A stretch of 64,000 bases of DNA, from contig CAZTFQ010000002.1 of the NCBI GenBank assembly GCA_964613035.1, forward strand, positions 21,901-85,900, read 5' to 3'. This document shows, one piece after another, positions 35,977 to 45,311 of the stretch. Both the position numbers and the translations under genes were made by a program. The notes under the pieces are model-generated. The model saw nothing but the letters and a program-made list of their open reading frames with translations, made no database searches and was not told the DNA's origin. Within the stretch, counting starts at the first letter, position 1. Every line of letters begins with the position of its first letter. The DNA comes from an uncultured Christensenellaceae bacterium. Lineage in GTDB: Bacteria; Bacillota; Clostridia; Christensenellales; DTU072.

Positions 35977-36252
35977 TTATTTTATCAGCCCCGAGTATCT
36001 CTCCATTATGTCGAGCCTCTGCGTCACGCCGTCGTCCACCGTCGCTCTGTACGCCGCCACGACTTGCAGAAGAGCCTCCAGCTCCGATAATATCTCTCCC
36101 GTGAGATTGTCTATACTCTTCTCCGTCGCGATATCGCTAAGAGAATCTTTTAGCAGGATATACTCGGACTCTATTCTTTCGTGAAGTTCCGCCGTACACG
36201 CTCTGAAAGCGAGAAGCTTCTCGGGAGTGTTATCTATCGTTATTCCGCTCAT
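35977..36252 (-). CDS. Small helical protein (92 aa)
   Basis: The ORF-track N-extension overlaps the upstream gene. The internal ATG at 36252 gives a 4-nt overlap (ATGA) with the upstream stop, typical of translational coupling. Confidence 0.45.
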   Translation of the reverse strand: MSGITIDNTPEKLLAFRACTAELHERIESEYILLKDSLSDIATEKSIDNLTGEILSELEALLQVVAAYRATVDDGVTQRLDIMERYSGLIK

Positions 36253-36761
36253 AGACCGAATCTCCTCGCGTTGAGATATTCTCCGACGCAATTTTCGCAG
36301 GCGTCGACGAGTGCCGCTCTCGCTCCGAATGTCTCTCCCAGAGCGTTGAGCAATCGGCTGATTTCCGAAGTGAGCTCGTCGGCTCTCTCTATCCTTTTGT
36401 CGACGAAACCGCATATCTCCTCTATAACGGAGATATTGGCGGAGAGCTCTTTACAAAACTCGTCTATTCCGTCGATGTCGGCGGCAAGTTTTTCAGACTC
36501 GCCTTCGTTTTTGTCAAACAACTTTTCCTCGCTGCTGACGGAAACGAGATCGTTTTCCATGGCGACGCGTCTGGTGTTGCGCTCTTCGATGATGGCGTTA
36601 AGTTTCCTCTTCTTGTCCTCGAGATTTTCGCGGACGGACGAGGCGATTTCTCTTGCCGCGGCTATTTCCGAGGAATACGCGCCGACGTTTTCCGCAATCG
36701 TCGCGTACAGCTTGAAATAGACGTTCTTTGCCGCTTCTATCGCGTCGAGATTGACTTTCAT
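36249..36761 (-). CDS. Coiled-coil protein (170 aa)
   Basis: RBS GGAGGAG. Heptad-like helical sequence. Stop/start overlaps on both sides. Confidence 0.5.
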   Translation of the reverse strand: MKVNLDAIEAAKNVYFKLYATIAENVGAYSSEIAAAREIASSVRENLEDKKRKLNAIIEERNTRRVAMENDLVSVSSEEKLFDKNEGESEKLAADIDGIDEFCKELSANISVIEEICGFVDKRIERADELTSEISRLLNALGETFGARAALVDACENCVGEYLNARRFGL

Positions 36762-37021
36762 CGGTTCTCCTCCGCACGCGCATACGCCGCTCTCAAAAGG
36801 TTGTCGAGGTCTTCCGCGGGTACTGCCGCCACCGCCTCGTTGAGGGCGGTAAAGAATTCTTCGTCGCTTCTTTTCAACAAGAGCGCGACGTTACTGAGAT
36901 CTTCTATTCCGCTACCGAGAACCGCCGCGCCTACTTCGTCGTCCCATTCCGCGGACAACTCGTCGATAGACGCGCGGGCTTCCGCTATAGCCGCCAGACA
37001 ATCGTCGATATACTTACTCAT
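36758..37021 (-). CDS. Small helical protein (87 aa), WXG100-sized
   Basis: All-helical and acidic with a central W (AEWDDEVG). It has 4-nt overlaps with its neighbours. Confidence 0.5.
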   Translation of the reverse strand: MSKYIDDCLAAIAEARASIDELSAEWDDEVGAAVLGSGIEDLSNVALLLKRSDEEFFTALNEAVAAVPAEDLDNLLRAAYARAEENR

Positions 37022-37284
37022 GAGTCAAGATACATACACAGCCAGTTGTAAACTTCCTGACAAAAGCCGTCTATGGCGTTGAGTCTGCCGAGAATTTCCG
37101 ACAAGTCTGCCGTTATTCCCTGGAAGTTGTTAAGAAACTTGACCACGTTGGCGTCTTTCCATTCCGACAGACTCTGTTCTATCTCCGACACCATCTCGGA
37201 ATGATTTTGGACAAGCGCCTGCTCGGTCTGTCTCACTATGTTCTGAGCCGTCAGTACGGACTCTTTGCTTACGTTGACGTTCAT
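37018..37284 (-). CDS. Small helical protein (88 aa), WXG100-sized
   Basis: RBS GAGGAAAGA. Helix-turn-helix-like hairpin with a central SEWKDA. Confidence 0.5.
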   Translation of the reverse strand: MNVNVSKESVLTAQNIVRQTEQALVQNHSEMVSEIEQSLSEWKDANVVKFLNNFQGITADLSEILGRLNAIDGFCQEVYNWLCMYLDS

Positions 37285-37292
37285 TCTTTCCT

Positions 37293-37559
37293 CTACTTGA
37301 GCGTAATGCTTCTATATAAGTCGATGAGCTCTTGTTTTTGCCTGATGACGTTTTCGACGCCGTCGGTCTTGGAAACCAGCTCGTCGGCAATCGACAACAA
37401 CTTGACCGCGACTTCTTCCGCGTCGGCGTAATCTCGGTCGGCACAATTCTCTTTCAGCGCCTGTACTTTACGCAGATAATCGACGCACGCGTCTCTTACT
37501 TCTCCGACGACTCTTCCGAGCGCTCCCTCGTCTACGGAACCGCTTACCTTTACTTCCAT
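37293..37559 (-). CDS. Small helical protein (88 aa)
   Basis: Helical. It overlaps the 3' end of the upstream ATPase gene by 10 nt. Confidence 0.5.
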   Translation of the reverse strand: MEVKVSGSVDEGALGRVVGEVRDACVDYLRKVQALKENCADRDYADAEEVAVKLLSIADELVSKTDGVENVIRQKQELIDLYRSITLK

Positions 37560-40500
37560 AGAGCGTTATAATCCTCTGCCAGCTTAACCATCCAGGCTTC
37601 GTCCGCTTCGCTGTAGTATCTGTACGGCTTAAACTTATTCATCTCGTTGTTGACGAGGCATACGCCCAGTCCTTCTATGCCGATATTGATATTGCTTCTA
37701 AACGATGCGACCGATGTGACGGCTTCCGCGTCGAGTCCCTTGATGAAGACCTTGTTCTGACAATTACGCATAACGGTATTGATGCTGGGGACGCTGGACG
37801 GCTTGTCTATCGAGAACACTATATGAATATTCTGGTTGGGTCCGTTTTCGAACACGTCGTTGAACAGTTGCGAAAAAGTCATCTTGTTGCCGCCGGAAGA
37901 CGCCGCGCCGCCTAAGTTGAGTCCGAGACTGAACCCCATTCCGGACGATGACGCCACGGGTGCGGGGGCGGGTTTTTCGGACAAATCGATGAGCTTGGAG
38001 TTGTCCTTGAAGTAAGACGCTATCTCCTGAATTTTGTTTATGAACAGGAATATCGGATTGTGCTTATCCTGAATATGGTCTGCTCTCTCTTTTCTGAGAT
38101 TATGAAGCTTGACCAGAGCATCGGTGAGATCTCCCGCGGCATTCAAAACGCGAGTCGAATCCGCGAAATACTTAGGCAGGACGAAGAACAGGTCGTCGGG
38201 GTTTTTCTGACTGATGACTTCGCCGTTGAAGTAGTACACCTGCGCGGAGGAGTCGTTTTCAAAGTCTTGGTTGGTACGGTTTTCCATAAGCACGGACAGC
38301 ATGGAAAAGCCCATCATATCTCTCAGCACCTCTACGTTGGCGCCGGCGAACCACAGGTTGGAATTGGACTCGCGCAGACGTATCGGGATATTGTACGGCT
38401 TGCCGGAGATGTAATCCTGACCGATAGCCAGATTGTAGAAGTCGGCGGACTTGGAGACGATATCTTCTTTCGAGACTTTTTTCGTGTAAGCGGAGAGACC
38501 CTCGTTGGCTTTGGGCTCTTCGAGGTTGCTGCCGACGACGAAGAGCGGCTCTCTGACGCTCCACTTGGAGACGACGTCTTGCCACTTCTCTATAATGCGC
38601 TCGGAATACATCTCTCTGTTGTCGGAGTTTTCCGCATACGCCACGCGGAATTCAGCCGCGTTCTGTCCAGTACGGGTATCCTTGATGATGCCTACGCCCA
38701 AGGTATTGGACAAATTGGCTACTTTAGATACGCTTATGCCCAGTTCTTGCGCGTCGTCGGGATTGTTGAGTTTAAGAGAAATTCTGTTGCCTATCTGAGA
38801 AATGACCTTGTCTCTGAGTCCCGCCACCTTAGGCACGTTCTGCGACGCCCAGAGCACGTTGATGCCGAAAGCTCTGCCTTTTTTGAAGAGCTTGGACATA
38901 AGATTGATGGCGTAGGTGCCGACGTTTTGGTCGCGCTCGAACAGTTCCTGAACCTCGTCGATGATGACAAGCAGTCTCGGGAGCGTCTTACCGGCACGCT
39001 TCTTGTATTGCATGATGTCTTCCACGTTGTTGTTGCGGAAGAGCGCCTCTCTTCTCTCCAGCTCTTTGTCTATGTTGGACAACACCGCGAGTCCGTCCTC
39101 GGGGTCGGAAGAAAGCGCCGTCAGCTTGACGTGAGGAAGTTGTTTTTCTACGTTCTTGTTGGCTTCGTAATACTTGAATTCCACGCCGCCCTTGAAGTCG
39201 ACCAGGTAGATGTTGAGGTCGTCGGGGCTGTACTTATAGCACGCGGACATAACGATGGCGTGGAGTAGGTTGGACTTACCGCTACCGGTACCGCCTATCG
39301 CCAGAGCGTGAGCCGCGCCGTCGCCCTTGGACGAAAACGCCAGAGTCTGAACGTCTCCGCCTCTCATACCTATCGGGATATCGATAATCTCCGTAGGATC
39401 CGCGTAATCCTCGCTCTTGACGACGACGTCGGTGCTGTCGAACATCTTGGACAGTGCGATAACCTTGTTGGCGCTCTTCTTGATGTTCTGTTTCATAACC
39501 TTGATGTAGTCGTCCAGCTTTTCGTACGAGCAGTCTTTATTGTTTTCGAAAACGTATTTGGGATTGGCTTCCAAATAAATTTCGCCGCCCTTAACGAGGA
39601 AATAATTCATCGATTGCTTCGCCTCCGCGACGAAGTCTTTTATGTACTGGGGCTGAGTGCCCTTGCCGTTGTACAGCATTATCGTGAATATACCGGAACG
39701 ATTGCCGTTGTCGATGATTTTTTTGAGTCTCTTGACGGTCTTCTCGCTGCTGAAACATTCCGGGAAACCGACTATCGACAACACCGAGAACGCCTGGGGG
39801 TCGTTTTCGGAAACGACGTTGTAACCGTAGATGTCTTTTTTGTTGCTACGAGTGATTTTATCGTCGTAGATACTGCCCATTCTCTCGTCAAGATTGACAA
39901 TCTCGTTGGACACTCTCGAATCGTCGTTGTAAGTCTTTTTGAATAGATTGTTGTCGATGTTGTTGAGCTGGTTGAACGCGGCGAATTCTCCCGTATCGTA
40001 GAGGTCTATCAGTTGATAATTGACCCTCGTCGGCGGGAACCCCATCAAAAACGACAACATAATGTTGCGCACCATCGATATGGCGACCGCATTATCCTTG
40101 TCGGAATCCACTTCTATCAAAACGTTGCCGTTCTTTTTCAACTCCAGCACGTACGGCGCGGTCAGTACGCCGCCGGGCGTGTATTTGCCGAGTAAGGGAC
40201 TGTCGGTAGAATTGATATATTTTTTGTAGCCGTCCTTATCGAGATAACTGATCTTCATATCGCCGAGAGTCAGCTTGGTGGGATAAGTAAGACTGCCTTT
40301 TTCGAAGTCTACCTTGCCGCTCTTGGCAGACTCGTAAATGTCGCAAAAACGGTCGTCGTTGAGAACATTGTCTTCTACCTGAAGTCTGTTCTTGAGAGCG
40401 GAAGCCATCTCCTTATTGAGGACCGCCGCGCAATCTGCCATATATTCTTCCGACTGCTTTTTGAGATGTTTATCGAATTTTTTAAGGTCGAAACGTCTCC

Positions 40501-41086
40501 TTATCATCGTTTCCATGGAGTCGAGGACCATACGGCACTGAGAAGCCTTCCCGTACAGCTCTCTCATCAGGTCCGTATAAGGCGTCCCGTAGACGCCGTA
40601 CTCCTTGGAGTCGCCGAGCGTTACGGTCCTCTTCCCGTCGCGATCGTTGATTACGAAGCTCTCCGCTCTGCCTTCTACGGAGAGAACCTCGGGAATGGGT
40701 TCGGTCGCCTCCAAATCGAGGTCGTTGAGAGCCTCTACGAGAGCGTTCATTTCCGCACACAGTCTTTTGACGGTGTCTCTGTTGACGTCGTAGTCGAGAG
40801 AAACGATTCCTTCCTTGGGGACGTCGCCTATGTTGGCGATACTCTCTTTCATGCTATTGCCGTATGAGTCGAGGAGCTTTTGAATATCTTTTCTGACTCT
40901 GTCCACTTCCGTCTTGACGTAAGTATCGATCGACTTCTCCATCTCCTTGTAGAGCTTGGAATTGGTCTCGTCGAGAGCGTTGCGTTGCATAACGATAGCG
41001 CCGGCGATTTCTTTCTCGAAGGCGCTCAACGCGGAAAAACGAGCGTTGAAAGAATCTATCATTTTTTTGATTTCTTTGAATTCCAT
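37550..41086 (-). CDS. FtsK/SpoIIIE-family (EssC/EccC-like) ATPase with three tandem domains (one intact P-loop), no TM segment
   Basis: Central domain is GGTGSGKSNLLHAIVMS (Walker A) ... LPRLLVIIDEVQELF (Walker B). The flanking domains have the FtsK-like fold pattern but degenerate P-loops. It is the first gene of the operon, with RBS GAGAGGAAG. Confidence 0.75.
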   Translation of the reverse strand: MEFKEIKKMIDSFNARFSALSAFEKEIAGAIVMQRNALDETNSKLYKEMEKSIDTYVKTEVDRVRKDIQKLLDSYGNSMKESIANIGDVPKEGIVSLDYDVNRDTVKRLCAEMNALVEALNDLDLEATEPIPEVLSVEGRAESFVINDRDGKRTVTLGDSKEYGVYGTPYTDLMRELYGKASQCRMVLDSMETMIRRRFDLKKFDKHLKKQSEEYMADCAAVLNKEMASALKNRLQVEDNVLNDDRFCDIYESAKSGKVDFEKGSLTYPTKLTLGDMKISYLDKDGYKKYINSTDSPLLGKYTPGGVLTAPYVLELKKNGNVLIEVDSDKDNAVAISMVRNIMLSFLMGFPPTRVNYQLIDLYDTGEFAAFNQLNNIDNNLFKKTYNDDSRVSNEIVNLDERMGSIYDDKITRSNKKDIYGYNVVSENDPQAFSVLSIVGFPECFSSEKTVKRLKKIIDNGNRSGIFTIMLYNGKGTQPQYIKDFVAEAKQSMNYFLVKGGEIYLEANPKYVFENNKDCSYEKLDDYIKVMKQNIKKSANKVIALSKMFDSTDVVVKSEDYADPTEIIDIPIGMRGGDVQTLAFSSKGDGAAHALAIGGTGSGKSNLLHAIVMSACYKYSPDDLNIYLVDFKGGVEFKYYEANKNVEKQLPHVKLTALSSDPEDGLAVLSNIDKELERREALFRNNNVEDIMQYKKRAGKTLPRLLVIIDEVQELFERDQNVGTYAINLMSKLFKKGRAFGINVLWASQNVPKVAGLRDKVISQIGNRISLKLNNPDDAQELGISVSKVANLSNTLGVGIIKDTRTGQNAAEFRVAYAENSDNREMYSERIIEKWQDVVSKWSVREPLFVVGSNLEEPKANEGLSAYTKKVSKEDIVSKSADFYNLAIGQDYISGKPYNIPIRLRESNSNLWFAGANVEVLRDMMGFSMLSVLMENRTNQDFENDSSAQVYYFNGEVISQKNPDDLFFVLPKYFADSTRVLNAAGDLTDALVKLHNLRKERADHIQDKHNPIFLFINKIQEIASYFKDNSKLIDLSEKPAPAPVASSSGMGFSLGLNLGGAASSGGNKMTFSQLFNDVFENGPNQNIHIVFSIDKPSSVPSINTVMRNCQNKVFIKGLDAEAVTSVASFRSNINIGIEGLGVCLVNNEMNKFKPYRYYSEADEAWMVKLAEDYNALWK

Positions 41087-41202
41087 ATAAAGACTTCCTC
41101 TCTTCGTGCTTACTATTCTATTGCGGGCAAGGGAAGAAGTTACCGTAAAACGAGTGAAAAATTTGTCAGCAATGCGAGTCTAGTTATCTTCCCATTGTAT
41201 TT

Positions 41203-41232
41203 AATAATACAACGGGGGGGGGTACCTGTCAA
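41203..41232 (-). promoter_or_regulatory. Candidate promoter of the 15-gene operon with a G10 homopolymer in the spacer
   Basis: Minus strand TTGACA (41232-41227), an 18-nt spacer containing C10 (41213-41222 on the plus strand as G10), then TATTAT (about 41208-41203). Confidence 0.45.
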
Positions 41233-41343
41233 TACCTTGCAAGAAAAAAATAAAGGATTTTTTAAGTTTTTAGCACACTTAGCGATTGAATATTATAAAA
41301 ACGGTCGATTGCAATCGCAACCGACCGAGAACGACCGATTTTT

Positions 41344-42939
41344 CTATTTTTTCAACGCCGCTTCAACGAAGCCTTTGAACAGCGGATGAGGCTTATTGGG
41401 ACGGCTCTTGAATTCCGGATGATATTGGACGCCGACGAAGAATCTGCAAGCGGGATTCTCCACGGTCTCGACCGTCTCTCCGTCGGGAGTGGTGCCGCCT
41501 ATCACCAAACCTTTTTTCGTTAAAACGTCTCTGTAGGCGTTGTTAAACTCATAGCGGTGGCGGTGTCTTTCGGAAATCTCTTCCTCGCCGTATAAGCGAT
41601 ATAGAAGAGTGCCTTCTTTCACTTTCACGGGGTGTGCGCCCAGTCTGAGCGTGCCGCCCATGCCGACGTCGCCGTTCTGTCCCTTGAGATAATCTATCAC
41701 CTTATGGGGGCTGTTTTGATCGAACTCGCCCGAATCGGCGTCCTTAAGTCCCGCAACGTTACGCGCAAACTCCACTACGGACATTTGCATACCCAGGCAT
41801 ATGCCGAGGAAGGGCACGTCGTGCTCTCTGGCGTAACGGATGGCGGAGATTTTCCCTTCCACTCCGCGATTGCCGAAGCCTCCCGGGACGAGAATTCCGT
41901 CGGCTTTTCCCAGCAATTTTTCGACATTGTCGTCGGTTACGGTCTCGCTGTCGATCCAGTCGATATCTATTCCCGCTCCGCACCAATATCCGGCATGACG
42001 GAGGGACTCCGCTATAGAGAGATACGCGTCGTGAAGGGATACGTATTTACCTACGACGGCTATATTGACTCGCGAGGAGGGGTTTTTGATTTTTTTCACC
42101 ATATCTTCCCATTCTCTCAGGTCGGGTTCGGGCGCGTCTATGCCCAGCTCTCTGCACACCACGCGAGAAAAACCGTTTTTCTCCAACATAAGAGGCGCCT
42201 CATAGAGGGTCGGAAGAGTTATGTTTTCTATAACGCAATCTTTTTTCACGTTGCAGAACATCGCGATTTTATTGAACACGTCTTCTTCCGGCGGCTCGTC
42301 GCAACGCAAAACGATTATGTCGGGGCTTATTCCCAGACCTCTGAGCTCCTTGACGGAATGCTGGGTCGGTTTGGTTTTATGTTCTTCGCTGCCTTTGAGA
42401 TACGGCACGAGAGTAACGTGGATAAAGAGAGAGTTTTCTTTGCCGACTTCCAGAGATATCTGTCTGACGGCTTCTATATACGCCTGGGACTCGATGTCGC
42501 CGATAGTCCCGCCCAGCTCCGTAATTACGACGTCGGCGTCGGACTCTCTGCCCTCGTTGTAAATGAATTCTTTTATCTCGTTGGTTATATGCGGAATAAT
42601 CTGGACTGTCGAGCCTAGATACTCGCCGCGACGTTCTTTGTTGAGGACGTTCCAGTAGACTTTACCCGTGGTGAGATTGGAATATTTATTGAGATTTTCG
42701 TCGATAAAGCGCTCGTAGTGACCGAGGTCGAGATCGGTCTCCGCGCCGTCTTCCGTAACGAAAACTTCCCCGTGCTGATACGGACTCATCGTACCGGGAT
42801 CGACGTTGATGTACGGGTCGAGTTTCTGCGCCGCGACCTTAAGACCTCTTGCCTTCAACAGGCGCCCAAGAGACGCCGCCGTAATCCCCTTGCCGAGACC
42901 GGAAACCACTCCGCCCGTTACGAAAACGTATTTTTTCAT
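41344..42939 (-). CDS. pyrG: CTP synthase
   Basis: [25 protein letters not shown]... with the full synthetase and glutaminase domains, including GICLGMQ. Confidence 0.95.
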   Translation of the reverse strand: MKKYVFVTGGVVSGLGKGITAASLGRLLKARGLKVAAQKLDPYINVDPGTMSPYQHGEVFVTEDGAETDLDLGHYERFIDENLNKYSNLTTGKVYWNVLNKERRGEYLGSTVQIIPHITNEIKEFIYNEGRESDADVVITELGGTIGDIESQAYIEAVRQISLEVGKENSLFIHVTLVPYLKGSEEHKTKPTQHSVKELRGLGISPDIIVLRCDEPPEEDVFNKIAMFCNVKKDCVIENITLPTLYEAPLMLEKNGFSRVVCRELGIDAPEPDLREWEDMVKKIKNPSSRVNIAVVGKYVSLHDAYLSIAESLRHAGYWCGAGIDIDWIDSETVTDDNVEKLLGKADGILVPGGFGNRGVEGKISAIRYAREHDVPFLGICLGMQMSVVEFARNVAGLKDADSGEFDQNSPHKVIDYLKGQNGDVGMGGTLRLGAHPVKVKEGTLLYRLYGEEEISERHRHRYEFNNAYRDVLTKKGLVIGGTTPDGETVETVENPACRFFVGVQYHPEFKSRPNKPHPLFKGFVEAALKK

Positions 42940-43252
42940 ATATACCTCACTGCTATAGTCTGCAACCTAATCTCTCCTCGGGGAGTGTTTTTCACTCAAT
43001 CTCCGAGAGCTCTCGACCGTAACGTATTATATTACTCTTAAAATACGCCTGTCAATCGATTTGCTCCCGCGCGCCGACCAAGGAAAAAGAACCGCCCCCG
43101 ATTCTCGGCGTTGCCGCCAAATAACGATGTTTGGTTAAACCGCCGTTTATGCTCCTTTTGCTTCGGTTTCGGATGCCCTAAGCGACAAATCGGATAAAGA
43201 GGCATTAACGCGAAAGGCAATCGAAAGGAGTGACGACTCGCTCCGTTAAATG

Positions 43253-43283
43253 AAAAATCTCCTCTTGAAAAGGAGACTTTTTT
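43253..43283. terminator. Bidirectional rho-independent terminator (downstream of cysS)
   Basis: AAAAA-TCTCCT-CTTGAAA-AGGAGA-CTTTTTT. Confidence 0.6.
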
Positions 43284-43306
43284 ATCGGTCACGCAGTTGC
43301 CTAAAG

Positions 43307-44701
43307 TTATTTAAGAGGTTCTATCTTGACGCCGTCTTTGGTATCGAGAATAGAGTATCCTTTCTCCGCGACGGTCTTTCTTATCTCGTCGGCGAGGGCG
43401 TAATTTTTAGCGGCTTTGGCTTCCCCTCTCTTAGCCGCGAGGGCGAGAATTTCTTCGGGGATATCGGAGACTTTTTTATCGTCGACGCTCTTCAAAAACG
43501 TTGCGGCGTCCTTAGTAAACAGACCGAGGAGCGAATATACCTTTCTGACGGTATCGGCGTCGTCTCGAGCTGTGGCGTCGCCCGCGGCGAGTTTGCGTTT
43601 AATCGTCTTGAAGTATCCGTACAGATTGGACAGTGCTCTGGCGGTATTGAAGTCGTCGTCCATGGCGTAGTCGAATTCTTCTTCTATCGCGGAATTAAGC
43701 GCGCCCGCACCTTCGGTCTTTTCCGCCCGCTCTATTATCTTGTAGAAATCACAGAGGCTCTTCTCGGCGTCGCGGAAAACCTCGTCGGAGAGATTGATGT
43801 CGTTACGATAATTGGTGGACAGCAGAGCGAACTTAATCGTCTCGGGAGAATATTCGTCCAGCAAATCTTCGAGAAGAAGGCTGTTGCCCAGAGACTTGGA
43901 CATCTTCTGTCCGTTGACCTTAATCAGACCGTTGTGAAGCCAATATTTGGCAAACTGCTTGCCCGTAAGGGATTCCGTCTGGGCGATTTCGTTTTCGTGA
44001 TGAGGGAAGACCAAATCTCTGCCACCGCCGTGGATGTCTATCTGCTCGCCGAAGGCGACTCTGTTCATGCAGGAGCATTCTATATGCCAGCCGGGGCGAC
44101 CTTTTCCCCACGGGCTGTCCCAGGATATCTCACCGGGTTTCGCACTCTTCCATAAAGCGAAGTCCAGAGGATTTTTCTTCTCCTCCCCCGCCTCTATTCT
44201 CACGCCGGCTATGGCGTCTTCCAGATTCCTGTTGGAGAGTTTTCCGTATTCTTTATACGACTCCACCGCGAAATAAACGTCTCCCGAGGGGACTGCGTAC
44301 GCGTGTCCCGTTTCTACCAATTCTTTAACGAAATCTATGATGTTGCCGATGTTTTCGGTGGCTTTTAGCCAGATATCCGGGTCGTCCACTTCAAAGCGGC
44401 GCATCTGAACGTCGATTTTTTTAATCATCTTCGCGGCGTACTCGTCGGCGGGCACGCCCGTGCGAATACCGGCGGCGATTATTTTGTCGTCGACGTCCGT
44501 ATAATTACGCGCATAAGTGGTCGAAAAACCTTTCTTGTTGAGATATTTTCTTATGATATCGTATATAAGCGCCTGGAAGGCGTGGCCGATATGCGCATCG
44601 CCCGAGACCGTTATGCCGCAAGCGTACATTTTCACTTCAGGGGGATTGAGAGGGGTGAAAATTTCTTTTTTTCTAGTCAGCGTATTATAAACTCGTAACA
44701 T
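43307..44701 (-). CDS. cysS: Cysteine--tRNA ligase
   Basis: HIGH motif region (GDAHIGHA) and KMSKS. 464 aa. Confidence 0.95.
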   Translation of the reverse strand: MLRVYNTLTRKKEIFTPLNPPEVKMYACGITVSGDAHIGHAFQALIYDIIRKYLNKKGFSTTYARNYTDVDDKIIAAGIRTGVPADEYAAKMIKKIDVQMRRFEVDDPDIWLKATENIGNIIDFVKELVETGHAYAVPSGDVYFAVESYKEYGKLSNRNLEDAIAGVRIEAGEEKKNPLDFALWKSAKPGEISWDSPWGKGRPGWHIECSCMNRVAFGEQIDIHGGGRDLVFPHHENEIAQTESLTGKQFAKYWLHNGLIKVNGQKMSKSLGNSLLLEDLLDEYSPETIKFALLSTNYRNDINLSDEVFRDAEKSLCDFYKIIERAEKTEGAGALNSAIEEEFDYAMDDDFNTARALSNLYGYFKTIKRKLAAGDATARDDADTVRKVYSLLGLFTKDAATFLKSVDDKKVSDIPEEILALAAKRGEAKAAKNYALADEIRKTVAEKGYSILDTKDGVKIEPLK

Positions 44702-44742
44702 TGGTTGTTTCTCCCTAATCCGTCCGCGCGGGGGCAGACGTT

Positions 44743-45279
44743 TTATTCTACGTCGATTGACGTCGTGTCTTTTATTTTAACTATCCTTCCGGGGACTCCC
44801 ACCACCGTAGCGTAAGGCGGGACGTCTTTCAGCACCACCGATCCTGCTCCTATGACGGAATGCGCGCCTATCGTCACCGCGCCGAGAATTTTCGCTCCCG
44901 CGTAAATAATCGCGCCGTCTCCGACGGTGGGGTGCCGCTTGCCCTTTTCTTTCCCGTTGCCGCCCAGGGTAACGCCCTGATAGACGGTCACGTCGTTACC
45001 TATCTCCGCGGTCTCTCCTATAACGGTGCCCGAGCCGTGGTCTATAAAGAAGCCTTCTCCTATCTCCGCCGCGGGATGAATGTCCACGTCGTACTTGATA
45101 CGGGCTCTGTACGAAATATATCTCGCAACGGTTTTCATCCCCCTCTTCCACAGCGCGTGCGCCCTTCTGTATAGGCACAACGCTCTGAATCCGGGATACG
45201 TCAACGCGACGCCGATCTTACTCGTCGCCGCAGGATCTCGTTCCATAGCCGCGTCGAGATCTTTTAAGAACTTACGCAT
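44743..45279 (-). CDS. cysE: Serine O-acetyltransferase
   Basis: N-terminal SAT helix domain followed by left-handed beta-helix hexapeptide repeats ([14 protein letters not shown]). Confidence 0.85.
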   Translation of the reverse strand: MRKFLKDLDAAMERDPAATSKIGVALTYPGFRALCLYRRAHALWKRGMKTVARYISYRARIKYDVDIHPAAEIGEGFFIDHGSGTVIGETAEIGNDVTVYQGVTLGGNGKEKGKRHPTVGDGAIIYAGAKILGAVTIGAHSVIGAGSVVLKDVPPYATVVGVPGRIVKIKDTTSIDVE

Positions 45280-45311
45280 ATCTTCAATATATTAAAGAAG
45301 CCGCGCAGTCG

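Noticed and set aside
35977-36414. 145-aa version of the small gene overlapping the 170-aa gene
   Set aside because: The first 54 codons (Arg-rich) overlap the upstream CDS out of frame. The internal ATG at 36252 gives the 4-nt ATGA coupling seen throughout the operon.
38060-39268. Long antisense ORFs inside large genes (also 10064-10891, 10907-11959, 41632-42618, 43250-44155, 50087-51004, 52070-53278, 54435-55124)
   Set aside because: They lie opposite strongly supported CDSs (GH32, FtsK-like, pyrG, cysS, ychF, gyrA/B). They have Arg/Gly/Val-rich composition typical of GC-rich antisense frames and no RBS.
35977-41086. Canonical type VII secretion system (EssC + WXG100)
   Set aside because: The ATPase lacks the FHA domains and TM helices of EssC/EccC, and none of the small proteins carries a true W-x-G motif. 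Only an EssC-like relationship is retained as a hypothesis.
44702-45311. T-box riboswitch leader expected upstream of cysE-cysS
   Set aside because: No T-box consensus (AATTAGGGTGGNACCGCG) was found. cysE is only 32 nt downstream of the preceding gene, so the genes are probably co-transcribed from further upstream.
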